Below, piece by piece: positions 1 through 10,133 of a stretch of DNA of 64,000 nt (positions within the stretch are counted from its first letter, which is position 1; every line of letters starts with the position of its first letter). Made by a program: the position numbers and the translations under genes. A model generated the notes under the pieces. The model worked only from the letters and a program-made list of their open reading frames with translations, made no database searches and had not been told where the DNA came from. Source of the stretch: a virus; IMG/VR virus record IMGVR_UViG_3300042731_004976, positions 64,001-128,000 of that record; one strand, 5' to 3'.

Positions 1-177
1 ACGCCTTCGGCGATGACCGGACAGACTGACGGAGGGTTTCCGAAAACTTCCCCTTCGAGGTAGGCGAGGATGCCGAGGACAGAGAATTCTCCGGTGTCCC
101 TGTTGGTCCGTGCGCCGAGTGGAGGAATCGGTACCGAGCCTACCCCAGGTATCTCGATAGAGATCACGCTCCAAGCT

Positions 178-735
178 CTACAGCATCTCGAAGGTACTTG
201 GCACTGTCTGACGAAACGTCAGGTTGATTCGTTCCCCCACAGGACGTGACGTCTTCGGTAACGTGTGCTGGTACTCGCGCTGCACGCCCTTGCCCATCAC
301 GAGGAGCGTTCCGTCGTTCAGGTAGTAGTCCGTCTTCGAGTGACGGTCCGCTTTTCGTCTGAGGACGAACCGACGCGAGGCTCCGTAGCTCAGAGACGCC
401 ACAACCGGGTCCGGCCCGAACAGTTCCTCGTCGTCAGAGTGCCATCCTACGGCGTCCTTCCCGTTCCGGTAGAGGTTGCACAGTACGGAATCGAAGGGCG
501 CTCCTGCGGCCTCTGAGACGCGCTCTCGCAGTTCTTCGAGCCATGGAGGCATCGGGTCTGAAGGGAGCGTGAGACCGCTGTACGTGTACGCTACAGGCCC
601 GTACCAGTGCACGAGACGAGGCTGGAGTACTTCGCGACCGAATACCCTGACGTTGTACTGCGCAAACGGGATCCTATCCCGGAGGTCTTCGAAGCGAACC
701 CAGGCGCAGTGGGGAATGATGCGGCAGTCGATCAT
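178..735 (-). CDS. alkB: AlkB-family Fe(II)/2-oxoglutarate dioxygenase
   Basis: HxD motif (WHSDDE), distal H (QHTLPKT), RINLTFR, and NLYRNGKD. Start moved to ATG 735, which overlaps the stop of the upstream ORF (ATGA). Confidence 0.92.
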   Translation of the reverse strand: MIDCRIIPHCAWVRFEDLRDRIPFAQYNVRVFGREVLQPRLVHWYGPVAYTYSGLTLPSDPMPPWLEELRERVSEAAGAPFDSVLCNLYRNGKDAVGWHSDDEELFGPDPVVASLSYGASRRFVLRRKADRHSKTDYYLNDGTLLVMGKGVQREYQHTLPKTSRPVGERINLTFRQTVPSTFEML

Positions 736-944
736 GCTGTGGGGAAGCGTTGCGATCCCAAGCACACGATGACACCACCCGAGCGCAGGGGACACCATTT
801 CGGAGGCGACAGGGGCTTGGGAACCGTGCGGGTGTCCACTGACAGGGCTCGGTACTCGGCCGCCGCGCAGTGGGCTCTCATCGCTTCACTCTCGTTCTGA
901 CGGAACGGGCATTCGGTGCAGTGCTTGACCTGTAGCTCTTTCAC
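732..944 (-). CDS. small Cys-rich hypothetical protein
   Basis: CTECPF...C...WCPL motif; translationally coupled to alkB. Confidence 0.6.
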   Translation of the reverse strand: MKELQVKHCTECPFRQNESEAMRAHCAAAEYRALSVDTRTVPKPLSPPKWCPLRSGGVIVCLGSQRFPTA

Positions 945-1015
945 GATCCCCTAGCCTACATCACTCAGCAGCCAAACCCGCCATCTGGGCGTCCAGACGC
1001 TCCAAATAGGGATTG

Positions 1016-1261
1016 TCAAGCAGAGATCGGATCCTTCTCTGCCTCGTTCCAGGTCCAACCGGACGCCCGTTCCACCAGGTCTCTGGCCGCTTCGTACGTC
1101 AACTGACCCCCTAGGCGCTGTTGCATGTGCCGCACCGCGAAGGGCTTGAGTGCGGGGGAGAGGCCCCCCTTGGCGATCATAGCGTCCGCGCGCTGATCTA
1201 GGGATTCCCATTCCTCGACGAGTCTCTTGGCCAGTCCGTGTACTTCCTCAGCGCTCTTCAT
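1016..1261 (-). CDS. hypothetical protein
   Basis: ATG 1261 preceded by GAGGGG; fits the minus-strand gene run. Confidence 0.55.
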   Translation of the reverse strand: MKSAEEVHGLAKRLVEEWESLDQRADAMIAKGGLSPALKPFAVRHMQQRLGGQLTYEAARDLVERASGWTWNEAEKDPISA

Positions 1262-1292
1262 TGTGCCCCTCGTAGGTTTTCGCCTTGCGGCG

Positions 1293-1598
1293 TCAAGTCG
1301 GCCGCTTGGAGTGAACGATCCACCCTCGTCGGGCTTCGTACTCCATGTCAACGTCGAGCAGTTCTCGGATGACCTTCTGGATCATCGAGTACTCGCTCTC
1401 ATGCCGATAGCGAGAGTCCGCCAGACGGTTGAACAGCATCCGGTTGTCTGCCGTCGTGATCTCGTGGAGCACATCCTCTGCGAAGAGCCAGGTGCGTCCG
1501 CCTCCACGGATGCTCTCCACGATGATCATTTCTCCTTGGAGTCCTACGAAACGCATGATGTCGCCACCACGCAGTAGGCACAACGCTCCCGTCTTCAC
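1293..1598 (-). CDS. hypothetical protein
   Basis: GTGA overlap with the upstream gene; protein-like composition. Confidence 0.55.
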   Translation of the reverse strand: MKTGALCLLRGGDIMRFVGLQGEMIIVESIRGGGRTWLFAEDVLHEITTADNRMLFNRLADSRYRHESEYSMIQKVIRELLDVDMEYEARRGWIVHSKRPT

Positions 1599-2044
1599 GG
1601 ATCGCTCCTACCCTTGGCGTGCTCCAACTCGGCAGGAGCCTCGACGACCTTGTAGAAGGTACCTCCGGAGAAGCTGGTGATGCGATCCCGGTACTTCTGC
1701 AAGACGTCCCGAATACCGTCTCGCCACGTGGAGTCGTGGTACCAGTAGCGGCGCCACTCCTCAGCCCCCTCGTCGTAGTCCTTCCCGGGCTTGATGCCGA
1801 TGCACTCTCCATCGTCTCCGTATGCCAGATCGTCCGGAGAGATCACGTTCCACCGCTCGCGAGCGTAGACGCCGACGTAGTTGAGCGGACCGTACAGGAG
1901 TAGGTCTAGATAGCGGTACCCTTCCTCCTTATCGAAGTCGATGCGGGTCCGGAAAGTGACCAGAAGAGAATGGCCGTCCTTCTGGAACTTCCCCACCTTC
2001 TCCTCGAAGGTCTGAGCCAGCATGTAGGCAACGAGGTCACGCAT
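1595..2044 (-). CDS. hypothetical protein (leaderless)
   Basis: ATG lies 6 nt downstream of a TTGACA-17-TAGGGT promoter. Confidence 0.7.
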   Translation of the reverse strand: MRDLVAYMLAQTFEEKVGKFQKDGHSLLVTFRTRIDFDKEEGYRYLDLLLYGPLNYVGVYARERWNVISPDDLAYGDDGECIGIKPGKDYDEGAEEWRRYWYHDSTWRDGIRDVLQKYRDRITSFSGGTFYKVVEAPAELEHAKGRSDP

Positions 2045-2050
2045 GCTCAA

Positions 2051-2079
2051 ACCCTACCCCAAAGGATTGGGATTGTCAA
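2051..2079 (-). promoter_or_regulatory. sigma70-type phage promoter
   Basis: TTGACA-atcccaatcctttgggg(17)-TAGGGT-6nt-ATG. Confidence 0.75.
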
Positions 2080-2257
2080 GAGGAGAGCTTGACCTTCTTC
2101 TCTTCGAAGAACTTGAGCAGCTCTTCTAGCTCGGGCTCCGTGAGCACCATGGTTCCCGCAATGCACGCGAGGAACCTGATCTCGTAGGTGTCCATACGCA
2201 GCAGCGAGCTATCGAGCCACGTGAGTAGCTTCCGACGCTCCCGTCGTTCGGCGTCCT

Positions 2258-2665
2258 TCATGCTCCGTCCTTCGCTTCGATGCCGAACTCCTTGAAGAGA
2301 CACGCACGCAGGGCCGCACACTCGTCTTTCGTTAACTCTCCGATGTGTTCGAATCCTAGCGCCTTCCTCATCCACGCATACGCCTGACCTCGCTTCATGG
2401 AAGCTTCCTTGCCCTTCCACAGCTGATCAAAAGCAGCGTGCGCTAAGATACGAGCTGCCTTGGTCTCCCGGTTCGCTGGGATTCCCAAAGGCTTGCCATC
2501 TGCGTGAGCCCCGTGCGTCCCTCGACATGCAGGGAACCGAGAGCACCCGTAGAAGAAGCCATGCCCTGCGAAGCGGTGAGAGCGACGTAGGCGCATAGGC
2601 GCTCTGCACTCTCCGCAGAAGATCTCGTACTCTCGGGCGGGAGGCGGTTCCGCCTCATCTGGCAT
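2258..2665 (-). CDS. zinc-finger protein (topoisomerase Zn-ribbon plus DUF3268-like)
   Basis: CGEC...FYGCSRFPAC, followed by PLGIPA...AHAAFDQLWK...AYAWM...HIG. Confidence 0.7.
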   Translation of the reverse strand: MPDEAEPPPAREYEIFCGECRAPMRLRRSHRFAGHGFFYGCSRFPACRGTHGAHADGKPLGIPANRETKAARILAHAAFDQLWKGKEASMKRGQAYAWMRKALGFEHIGELTKDECAALRACLFKEFGIEAKDGA

Positions 2666-2690
2666 CTCTTCGACGGGAGGTGCGGCCCAA

Positions 2691-3119
2691 CTAGGGCGTT
2701 GCGGACTTTTCTTTGACGTCGTCGAGCCAGTCGTCCGGAAGGAAGTTCTCGATGAAGAAGGTGTGGAGGGTCTGCTCATCGGAGATCTTTTGTCGTAGCT
2801 CCTTGTAGCCACTTATCCCCGGACCCATATCATCAAAGGCCGCCATAGTCAAGGGAGTGAACTCCCAGACCACAGGCTGCCCGTCGTCTCCGATGTTGTT
2901 CTTGTCGACGATTTGAACGCCATCCTCTGTGTCTTTGGGATCTCCGAGGATGTAGTGAGGACGTTCGGTATTCGTGACGAACTGGACACCCTTCGTCATC
3001 TCACCCGTCTCTTCGAGAGGGTACTCGACGGGTTTCACCCCCATCGCTACTGCGCTCCCATAGACGAAGTTGTGGGACTTGTCCCGGTATCGGTAGACGG
3101 CGTACGGATCCAAAGGCAT
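2691..3119 (-). CDS. hypothetical protein
   Basis: 142-aa ORF coupled (TGATG) to the large polyvalent gene. Confidence 0.7.
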   Translation of the reverse strand: MPLDPYAVYRYRDKSHNFVYGSAVAMGVKPVEYPLEETGEMTKGVQFVTNTERPHYILGDPKDTEDGVQIVDKNNIGDDGQPVVWEFTPLTMAAFDDMGPGISGYKELRQKISDEQTLHTFFIENFLPDDWLDDVKEKSATP

Positions 3120-6100
3120 CAGTCAGTCTCCACTACGGGCTTGATGTACTTCTCGTAGATCTTTCCGGCGTTCTTCTCGATGATGAAGAAGTCCTCGACG
3201 GGGACCCCGTTGACTTCTTGAATACCCGAAGCTCTTGCATTCTTGATCATGGCCTTTCGCGCAGACTCTGAGGGGGCAACGATGCGCATCATTCGCTCTG
3301 GGCGAACCCCCTTGCGGAAAGACAGCTCAGTCGTTGTGGCCGCGTTCTTCTGTTGAGCGTCCAAGCGAGCTTCGAGGCTCTTGCGTCCAGTCCAATCAGG
3401 AGAGTCCTCGCGGCACCTACCGTACGTGTCCTTCATGAACATGTACGTATCCATCCGGTCCAGCTCCTCCGGGTGGATCACCACCTGCCACGACTTGGCG
3501 AAGGAGTAACCGTTGATCGAGGTGTTGTCGCCGCTAGCACACACCGTGTGGCATAAAACACCGTCTCCGGAGCCGCTGTTCACGTCCTGCTCGTAGCTCA
3601 CTCCCGTCTTGGCGATGCCATGCTGGTTGCGCTCGTGGATTCCCATCGGGCCTGTCCTCAGGATCGATAGAATGGCGCCTTCGTCAGCACCGTGGAAGGC
3701 GAACCGGAAGTTTCCTCCCGCGAGCTTCTTGTGACGTCCCTTCTGAACGTGAGCCGAGTATCCAGGATAGACCTCTTCGTGAACCGTGGCTTTCATAGCA
3801 TCCTTCCCACCCTTGATCTTCTTGATCATACTGGTGAGGTTCTCCACGGTTCGATCTTCTTCCTTGAGAGCATCGGCTTTTTGAGGGCTCAGTGCCCACA
3901 AGATGCGGCTGAGTCGATGCGTCTCCTTCTCTTCCGGAGTGGGATCCCTGAGCACGTCCTTGGCTAGCCCAGGCTTCATGGTGTCTAGACTCTGCTTCAC
4001 GACGTCCTCGACAGTTTCTCCTTTCTTGGGACGCGCCTTCACGTAGACGCTACCCATATAGGCGTACTTGTGGGCGCCCGTAGCCAAGTGCACCTCGGAG
4101 TCGCCAATCTTCCACGTTCTAGTCGAGACGCTGTCGGAGTAACCGCCCACCTCAACGAACACATCGTTCTCCGAATCGTAGGAAGCGTGCGGGAATTTCC
4201 ACTGACCCTCGTTGCCAGAGTCTTTGAGACTCTCCCATTGGGGCTTTCTGAGCTTGAAGTGAACGTAGTGGTAGTCCTGACCGCTGGCGGTGCGGTATCG
4301 CTTAGCGCGCATGACAGAACCTTCCACCGAGGGACCGTCGGAGCTGAATCCTTTGCCCCACTTGCCCAAGGTCGTACTAGCGACTTGCTTGAACTCCTTC
4401 GCGTTGTCCGTTGCCTTGGGGTTTTCGTGATCGTCCGTGAAGTACCGAGGAGTAGAGGGGGCGTCAGCTATACCTTTGGGCTCTACGATTTCTTCGATCT
4501 CCGTAGAGGCGCTTTCCAAAGCCTTCTTGTCTACGAACATCATCATGTACTGACTACCCTCTATGTGATCCGCTTTACCTGTGAGTGGATTCACCAAGGG
4601 CTTCAGGTTGAGTTCGTCGAATAGCTTCTTCAGCTTGTCTAGACCGTTGAGATCGTCATTCGGGATCTTGATGGTCAGCTTCGAGTCGTCCTTCTCGGTC
4701 GGAGTTTTTGGGTTGTGGTAAGGGCGGATCTTCAACCCTTCGAAGCCTGTAGCCGAAATGTACCAACCCGACGGCTCCTTTTTCAGAGCGGAGTTAGGAG
4801 AATCAGCTTCGGATAGCTTGAACGAGATCTTCTTCTTGACCTTCTTGGGTCCGGATCCTTCGGGGACCCATCCCTTGTCGAAAGTGAAGACGCCCTTATC
4901 TGTATTCTCCTTCGACTGGTAGACGGTCGTAATGAGCTTCTCGAAGTCTTTGCGAAGATCGAGCTTACGCTTACGCATCTTCTTCAGGAGATCGTTCTGC
5001 GCTTGGATCTTTTTTGGGAAGATCGTCTCTGCGTAGGGACGAGTGGCCTTCATGTACGCGGCCGTGCTCATCTTCTCCAGCTTTTCGATAGTCTTCTTGG
5101 TGCCCTCCACCAAGGGCTCGATGGGGTAGTCCCCCTTCGCCGCTCCCTTCCACAAGGCGTTGTAGTACGGGGGCTTCTCTCCGTAGAGCTTTGAGTTGGG
5201 CGCGTACTCCGTACTCAACTCGTCTTCGCCAAAGAAACGGAAGCCCTGTTCCTTATCGACGCTAAGGATCTTACCGTCCTTGCGACGAACGAAGTTGGCT
5301 CCGTGGCTGTCGTGCTGGCTCATGAGCCAGTCGAGCACGTGCTCCTGTGTGATGGATGCGCGGTCCTCGTTAGAAAGCGTCTTGGGGTTGACGTTCGCTA
5401 GGTTGGGTTGATCTGGATCTAGATCGATAAGGGGCTGAAGCGTTCCGAACTTCTTGTTGACCTCGGTTACGCCTACCACCAGGTGCTGGTCGTCCACGGT
5501 ACGAGCGACTTCAGACCACAACTGCTGCGCGGCAGCCGAGTAGGGCTTGGCTTTTCCGCCTCCTTTTTCGTAGGCCGCCTTGTGCATCCACTTCTGACCC
5601 TTGTCGTCTTCGTAGATGACCTTGTCCCCTGCGCCTCCCAGGAAGTTGCCAGATCCAACCATCTTCAAGGAGTCGATTTCTGGAAGACCCTCGGGGGTCT
5701 TCATTTCCAGAGCGGCCTTCTTCTGATCGGAGAGCTTTACAGGTTCCGGTATCGCAGGAGCGACCGGAGGAGGAAGATCCTTCTTCGTCACCTTGCTTGG
5801 GGTGACGAAGATCTCAGGCTCGGGATGTTGGACTTGATCTTCGGGGGGCGCTTTCTTTGCCGCAGGAGTCGTCTTCACCTTACCGAACATCGTTTTTTCG
5901 ACCGTGTTCCCGGTAGGAGTGACCTGCTTGTTCTTTGCCTGCTTCCCTGTACTCGCTACGATGACGAATCCGCCCTTTGGATCCACGTACTCGGTGGGCT
6001 TGAGGTCGAGAACCTTGTAGACTTCATCGTTGGGAAGCACGAACTCGTCTTTGGCTAGCCCCAAAGATTTCTGGAACTCGAAAGCCTCGTCCGGCGATGG

Positions 6101-7099
6101 CGGTTCGTATCCAGCCGGAGCTTTGCCCTTCCAATCGAAAACGAAATCGGGATCGGGTTCGTTGACCTCGGGCGGCGGTGGTACCGGAACGTCAGGTTCC
6201 TTGGGGGCTTCGCCGATCATGGCAAGCGTGTAGCCCTCCAGAGCCTTCTGCCACTTCTGAATGTGTGCGGCGTACGCCGACTTCCCCGCGGGCAGCGTGG
6301 CCCCTTCTGCCTTCTTCTTGTAGTGATCGACTGCAACACTCGCGAGCCCTGCTGCTGTCTTGAAGTCGCCCTCGTCTCCCGCAGTCTCCGCGTAGTAGCC
6401 AAGAGAATCCACCTGCATCGACGTAAGCTTGTTCGCGTTCTTCTTGAAGTAGTCGACGTCCTTCTTGAGGACTGCGTTTGAGAATTCGACAGCAGGCAGA
6501 GCAGGTTGGTCCCCTGCCTTTGGCGAAGGTTCCGGTTCCGGAGTTTTCGTCACGTTCGGTTCTGGCTCTGCCGCAGGTTCTGGCTTTTCCGGTTCCTTGG
6601 GCTTGGGCATCCCGAGGAGATCGAGAAGGCCGTCTACGCCTCCTGCGGACGGCGGTACTTCCTTGGGCAAAGGTTCGCCAGCAGCCAACGCTTTCGAGAA
6701 AGTGTTCTGCGGCTTCACGCCTTGCGCCTTCAGCTTCTTCGCGAGGTTCTTGAGCTTGACACTGGGAATCCATCCGGACAGCTCGGGCACCTGGTTCTGC
6801 CCAGGGAGAGGCTCCAGCTCCCCGCCGCTACCGATGTCTCCTACTGGTGGATACTCATCCGTCGTACCTTCTGGGGGATCGATGAGGTCCGGAAGGTGCT
6901 TCTCCAGATTCTTCTGCTGGATCCACACAGGCTTGGCTCCGGAAGCGTAGTTCTTCCAGACGAGGATCTTTTCGCCTTTCTTGCCGATGATCTTGACCTC
7001 GTCTAGAGTTTCCCCGACGAAGGTTCGCGAATCGAGCAAGCGTCCCTGGGATTGCCAGATACGGAAGCCTGCGGGACGTTCCTTGAGTACGGCTCCCAT
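3119..7099 (-). CDS. large polyvalent protein: Pro/Glu/Lys-rich N-terminus, HipA/PI3-4-kinase-like domain, C-terminal ART-like domain
   Basis: Kinase-like motifs GSGNFLGGAG, WMHK and DWLMSQHDSHGANF...ILSVDKEQGF. C-terminal FHG...ILSILRTG ... TELSFRKGV resembles the H-x-E ART fold. Confidence 0.65.
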   Translation of the reverse strand: MGAVLKERPAGFRIWQSQGRLLDSRTFVGETLDEVKIIGKKGEKILVWKNYASGAKPVWIQQKNLEKHLPDLIDPPEGTTDEYPPVGDIGSGGELEPLPGQNQVPELSGWIPSVKLKNLAKKLKAQGVKPQNTFSKALAAGEPLPKEVPPSAGGVDGLLDLLGMPKPKEPEKPEPAAEPEPNVTKTPEPEPSPKAGDQPALPAVEFSNAVLKKDVDYFKKNANKLTSMQVDSLGYYAETAGDEGDFKTAAGLASVAVDHYKKKAEGATLPAGKSAYAAHIQKWQKALEGYTLAMIGEAPKEPDVPVPPPPEVNEPDPDFVFDWKGKAPAGYEPPSPDEAFEFQKSLGLAKDEFVLPNDEVYKVLDLKPTEYVDPKGGFVIVASTGKQAKNKQVTPTGNTVEKTMFGKVKTTPAAKKAPPEDQVQHPEPEIFVTPSKVTKKDLPPPVAPAIPEPVKLSDQKKAALEMKTPEGLPEIDSLKMVGSGNFLGGAGDKVIYEDDKGQKWMHKAAYEKGGGKAKPYSAAAQQLWSEVARTVDDQHLVVGVTEVNKKFGTLQPLIDLDPDQPNLANVNPKTLSNEDRASITQEHVLDWLMSQHDSHGANFVRRKDGKILSVDKEQGFRFFGEDELSTEYAPNSKLYGEKPPYYNALWKGAAKGDYPIEPLVEGTKKTIEKLEKMSTAAYMKATRPYAETIFPKKIQAQNDLLKKMRKRKLDLRKDFEKLITTVYQSKENTDKGVFTFDKGWVPEGSGPKKVKKKISFKLSEADSPNSALKKEPSGWYISATGFEGLKIRPYHNPKTPTEKDDSKLTIKIPNDDLNGLDKLKKLFDELNLKPLVNPLTGKADHIEGSQYMMMFVDKKALESASTEIEEIVEPKGIADAPSTPRYFTDDHENPKATDNAKEFKQVASTTLGKWGKGFSSDGPSVEGSVMRAKRYRTASGQDYHYVHFKLRKPQWESLKDSGNEGQWKFPHASYDSENDVFVEVGGYSDSVSTRTWKIGDSEVHLATGAHKYAYMGSVYVKARPKKGETVEDVVKQSLDTMKPGLAKDVLRDPTPEEKETHRLSRILWALSPQKADALKEEDRTVENLTSMIKKIKGGKDAMKATVHEEVYPGYSAHVQKGRHKKLAGGNFRFAFHGADEGAILSILRTGPMGIHERNQHGIAKTGVSYEQDVNSGSGDGVLCHTVCASGDNTSINGYSFAKSWQVVIHPEELDRMDTYMFMKDTYGRCREDSPDWTGRKSLEARLDAQQKNAATTTELSFRKGVRPERMMRIVAPSESARKAMIKNARASGIQEVNGVPVEDFFIIEKNAGKIYEKYIKPVVETD

Positions 7100-7112
7100 C
7101 AGATTTCTCTCC

Positions 7113-7823
7113 TCAAACGATCTCGACGTTGCCTAGCTCGGGATCGGAGACCCACGGCGGCTTCCATCCCAGCTTGCTGTCCTCCATCATCATCAGTTCC
7201 CACGAGCGCTTGGACAGCTCTGCGGCACGTCGCATGATCCCGTTGGTTCTAGCGAAGACGTTGATGCTTACCTCGTCTCTGAAGTCGAGTCCGTCCTTCA
7301 CGAGGGCCTCCGCAAACTCCGCGGGTACGTCTTCGTTTTGCTTTGCGGCCATACGAAGAGATCGGGACAAGCCCGCGCCCTTGTTGAGCATGTACTGGAT
7401 GCCCTTGTCCATTCCGGTGGCGCTCTTCTTGAGATCATCTCGAAGTTTCTTGTCGTCGAGCATTTCGAGGGGAGTCGGCTTCTTCCCGTAGCTCGTACCT
7501 CCCGTCTTCGTGGAGATCTCGTAGAGCTTGGCCAGCTCGTAGAGGGCCTCGCGTCCCGTCTTGAAGTGTCCGTATGCTTTGCCCGTGACGCCTACAACGC
7601 TTCTCAGCGAGGAGCTGACATCAGAGACAGCCCTACGGGCGGTCAGCTCGTCTTCGGCCTCAGAAGCACGGTTCGCCGCGTCGACCACTTTGTGGATGCT
7701 CTCCAGGTAGAGATCCCCCAGGCGGATGAAGGCTCTCCACTCGTTGGCAGCATCCAAGAGAGGCTTCCGAGCGTTGTTGGCTTCCAGGAGGTGACGGGCT
7801 TCCTCGATTTGGGTACGCAGCAT
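7113..7823 (-). CDS. helical hypothetical protein, possible internal virion protein
   Basis: GGAGA RBS before ATG 7823; the N-terminus MLRTQIEEARHLLEA contains I/L-x-E motifs. Confidence 0.6.
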   Translation of the reverse strand: MLRTQIEEARHLLEANNARKPLLDAANEWRAFIRLGDLYLESIHKVVDAANRASEAEDELTARRAVSDVSSSLRSVVGVTGKAYGHFKTGREALYELAKLYEISTKTGGTSYGKKPTPLEMLDDKKLRDDLKKSATGMDKGIQYMLNKGAGLSRSLRMAAKQNEDVPAEFAEALVKDGLDFRDEVSINVFARTNGIMRRAAELSKRSWELMMMEDSKLGWKPPWVSDPELGNVEIV

Positions 7824-7881
7824 TGACTTTCTCCCAGGATCTCCGGTGGATACCCCCTGTTCTACCACACGGATTCTGGGC

Positions 7882-8676
7882 TCAGCTAGCCTGCGTCGAA
7901 GCTGACAGCTCCTCTTCTTCCTTCTCTTCTGCCGCTTTGAGCCATTTCTTCGTCACTTCCGGAATGATCTCGTTGATATCCCGGCCCCACTCCTTGCAGT
8001 GCTGGATCAACTTGTCCATCTGGGTCTTCGTTTTCTTGCTCATGGCGATGTAGAGATGTTCCTTCCCCCCGAAGGAAAACACCATGAAGCTGTACTCCAG
8101 CGTATCCCCGTGCTGGTTGAAGATCGTGTTCAGAATCGAGGATAGATCGGATACGCTGTTTGCGTTATCCGCAGCACTGTTGAACTGATCCTGAGCCGTC
8201 TTCGGTAGTCCGGAGGACTGGACCGCTTTCTTCATCGTCTTGACGAGCTTCTTCCAGGCATCCGAGTCGGTGTACGCGAACATGCGCTGCAAGGACTTCT
8301 CGCCGTACTTCTCCTCCATCTCCTTGTAGAGGGAGATCATCTTCTGCGTGTTCGCTTTGCCGTGGAGTTGGTTCAGACGGACCGTGACGAACTTCTGAAG
8401 ATCCTCCTCCTGCCACTTCTCGTCCGACAGCAGGGTGGCCGGGATCTCCTCCATCTCCAGAACCCGGGCTGCACGCCATCGGTGCTCTCCACCGAGTAAC
8501 CTGAAGCCCCCATCCATCATCGGAACTACTTGCACTGGATCAATGAATCCTACCTCACGGATCTCTTGCACGAGAAGGTCGAACTCCTCGGCGTTCATCT
8601 CGTTCGGGTTCCAGGCGTTCGGCTCGATCTCCTCAACAGGAAGGAGGCGAGTCTCTGGTATGTCGATCTCGTTCAT
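7882..8676 (-). CDS. ParB/Srx N-terminal domain protein
   Basis: IEPNAWNPN, L..EIREVGFIDPVQV, LLGGEHRWRAA. Confidence 0.85.
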   Translation of the reverse strand: MNEIDIPETRLLPVEEIEPNAWNPNEMNAEEFDLLVQEIREVGFIDPVQVVPMMDGGFRLLGGEHRWRAARVLEMEEIPATLLSDEKWQEEDLQKFVTVRLNQLHGKANTQKMISLYKEMEEKYGEKSLQRMFAYTDSDAWKKLVKTMKKAVQSSGLPKTAQDQFNSAADNANSVSDLSSILNTIFNQHGDTLEYSFMVFSFGGKEHLYIAMSKKTKTQMDKLIQHCKEWGRDINEIIPEVTKKWLKAAEEKEEEELSASTQAS

Positions 8677-8915
8677 AGATCGTTGACGATAGCAGCACCA
8701 AGGATCTCTGCCAACGTGTCGCACTTTCCAGAGACGACTTGTAGCTCTCCGACTAGCGTACGGAGGAAGCTCTCCAAAGCATCCGGAGAGCCTGGTTGGT
8801 CGACCATGGGGATTCCCTCCCCAACGGCCTTGGTCCACTTCTCCAAGATGCTCCGAGCGGTCTCCAGTTCGTTGTAGAGAACGTTCGGGCTTACGGGGAG
8901 ACCTGCCTGGTTCAT
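8673..8915 (-). CDS. hypothetical protein
   Basis: 80 aa with ATGA overlaps on both sides. Confidence 0.6.
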   Translation of the reverse strand: MNQAGLPVSPNVLYNELETARSILEKWTKAVGEGIPMVDQPGSPDALESFLRTLVGELQVVSGKCDTLAEILGAAIVNDL

Positions 8916-9844
8916 GAGTCTGCCATCGCCTTCACGGCCTTCGCGAACGCGCTCTTGCCGTGCACGATGTCCTTGCTCTTGGTATCGATCGCGACGAGCT
9001 TCACACCTAGGTGCGATTCGAGCTTGGAGAGGAACTTCACGCGCGTCTTCGGGTCCATGGGCTTGCCGAAGTCGTTCGTTGCCAAGAAGTCCATGCAGAT
9101 GAGCGAGAGGAGCTGACTCTTCTTGGCTGCCTCTCCCTCGCCCCCCTTGGCTGTGATCAGCTCTGCGGCGCGTTCCATAGCTTCTCGCACGTTGTCGATC
9201 TGCTCGTTGAAGCACAAGAAGTGAAACGTGTGCGTGCGTTCCAAATCCGGAAGGTCCTCGTCGTCGGGCACGTTCGCCTTCTTTCCACCGTACGAAGCCT
9301 TCTCTGTCTTCGTCTTCGCTTCCTTGTGGGAACCATCGGATAGATTGTCGACAGAGTCGAGGTACTTCCCCACAGCGTGAAGGAACTGCGGGTAGTTGAG
9401 CTGTTCGGCACGCTCTGTCCACTTGAGCACGAACTTCGGATCACTCTTGACCGCGAAGACTCGACGTAGCTCTCTCAGCTTCGACCAACCGACCTTCTTC
9501 AAGCGCTTCCGCAGACTCGGGTCGGTGTCGACGAGCAGAACGTCGAACATCTCACCGATGTTTCGAAGTCGTTCAGCCTTCCGCCGTTGAATGCCCAGCT
9601 CGACCTCTACGTACTCTCCGAAAGTTTTGAACCCCCACGCGGTGTAGGTCGAAGGCTTGTCGGGATCGTTGTCGATGGGGATCTTGTGGATTTCCCAGAG
9701 CAGCTTGCTGAGTTGTAGATACCCGTTGTCCACACCGTTTGCCAGATCCTTAGCTTTCTTCCGGATGCTGTCTCTCCACGACTTTGAACCTGGACCGATC
9801 TTCGTTACCTTCGCGCTAGCTCCCATGTTCTTCTCCTGCTCCAA
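8912..9844 (-). CDS. hypothetical protein with probable HTH (GFKTFGEYVEVELGIQRRKAERL)
   Basis: Long ORF in the operon with an HTH-like segment; the true start may be ATG 9826. Confidence 0.65.
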   Translation of the reverse strand: MEQEKNMGASAKVTKIGPGSKSWRDSIRKKAKDLANGVDNGYLQLSKLLWEIHKIPIDNDPDKPSTYTAWGFKTFGEYVEVELGIQRRKAERLRNIGEMFDVLLVDTDPSLRKRLKKVGWSKLRELRRVFAVKSDPKFVLKWTERAEQLNYPQFLHAVGKYLDSVDNLSDGSHKEAKTKTEKASYGGKKANVPDDEDLPDLERTHTFHFLCFNEQIDNVREAMERAAELITAKGGEGEAAKKSQLLSLICMDFLATNDFGKPMDPKTRVKFLSKLESHLGVKLVAIDTKSKDIVHGKSAFAKAVKAMADS

Positions 9845-10133
9845 AGATCACGTGCTTGGCACGCACTTCGGTTAACTCGCCCATCTGTCCGCTTCGGTTC
9901 ATCAGTTCCCCCGATACGACGATCTCTATGCCCTTCTTCACACGCTCCTCGCAGATGGCTACGAGTGCCTTGTTGTAGACGTTGACCTTTACCCATGCCG
10001 TGATGGTCTTGTCTCGGGCACGCCTATCGGACGCCAGCATAAACGTACACACAGGATCTCCGGAGCCTGTTGTCGAGAACGTAACCCGACCGACGTTGCC
10101 GGAAATCGAAACGTGGTTGATGTGGTCGGTCAC
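9816..10133 (-). CDS. ssb: single-stranded DNA-binding protein (bacterial Ssb OB-fold, no acidic tail)
   Basis: INHVSISGNVG...FMLA...WVKV...IVVSGEL; GTG 10133 overlaps the ruvC stop. Confidence 0.85.
   Translation of the reverse strand: MTDHINHVSISGNVGRVTFSTTGSGDPVCTFMLASDRRARDKTITAWVKVNVYNKALVAICEERVKKGIEIVVSGELMNRSGQMGELTEVRAKHVIFGAGEEHGS

Noticed and set aside
988-1019. TTGACAATC -35 match on the minus strand
   Set aside because: No -10 at 17 bp (CTGGAC). The short GCGTC-CA-GACG element there, also near 61772, resembles the palindrome half-sites but is too short to support.
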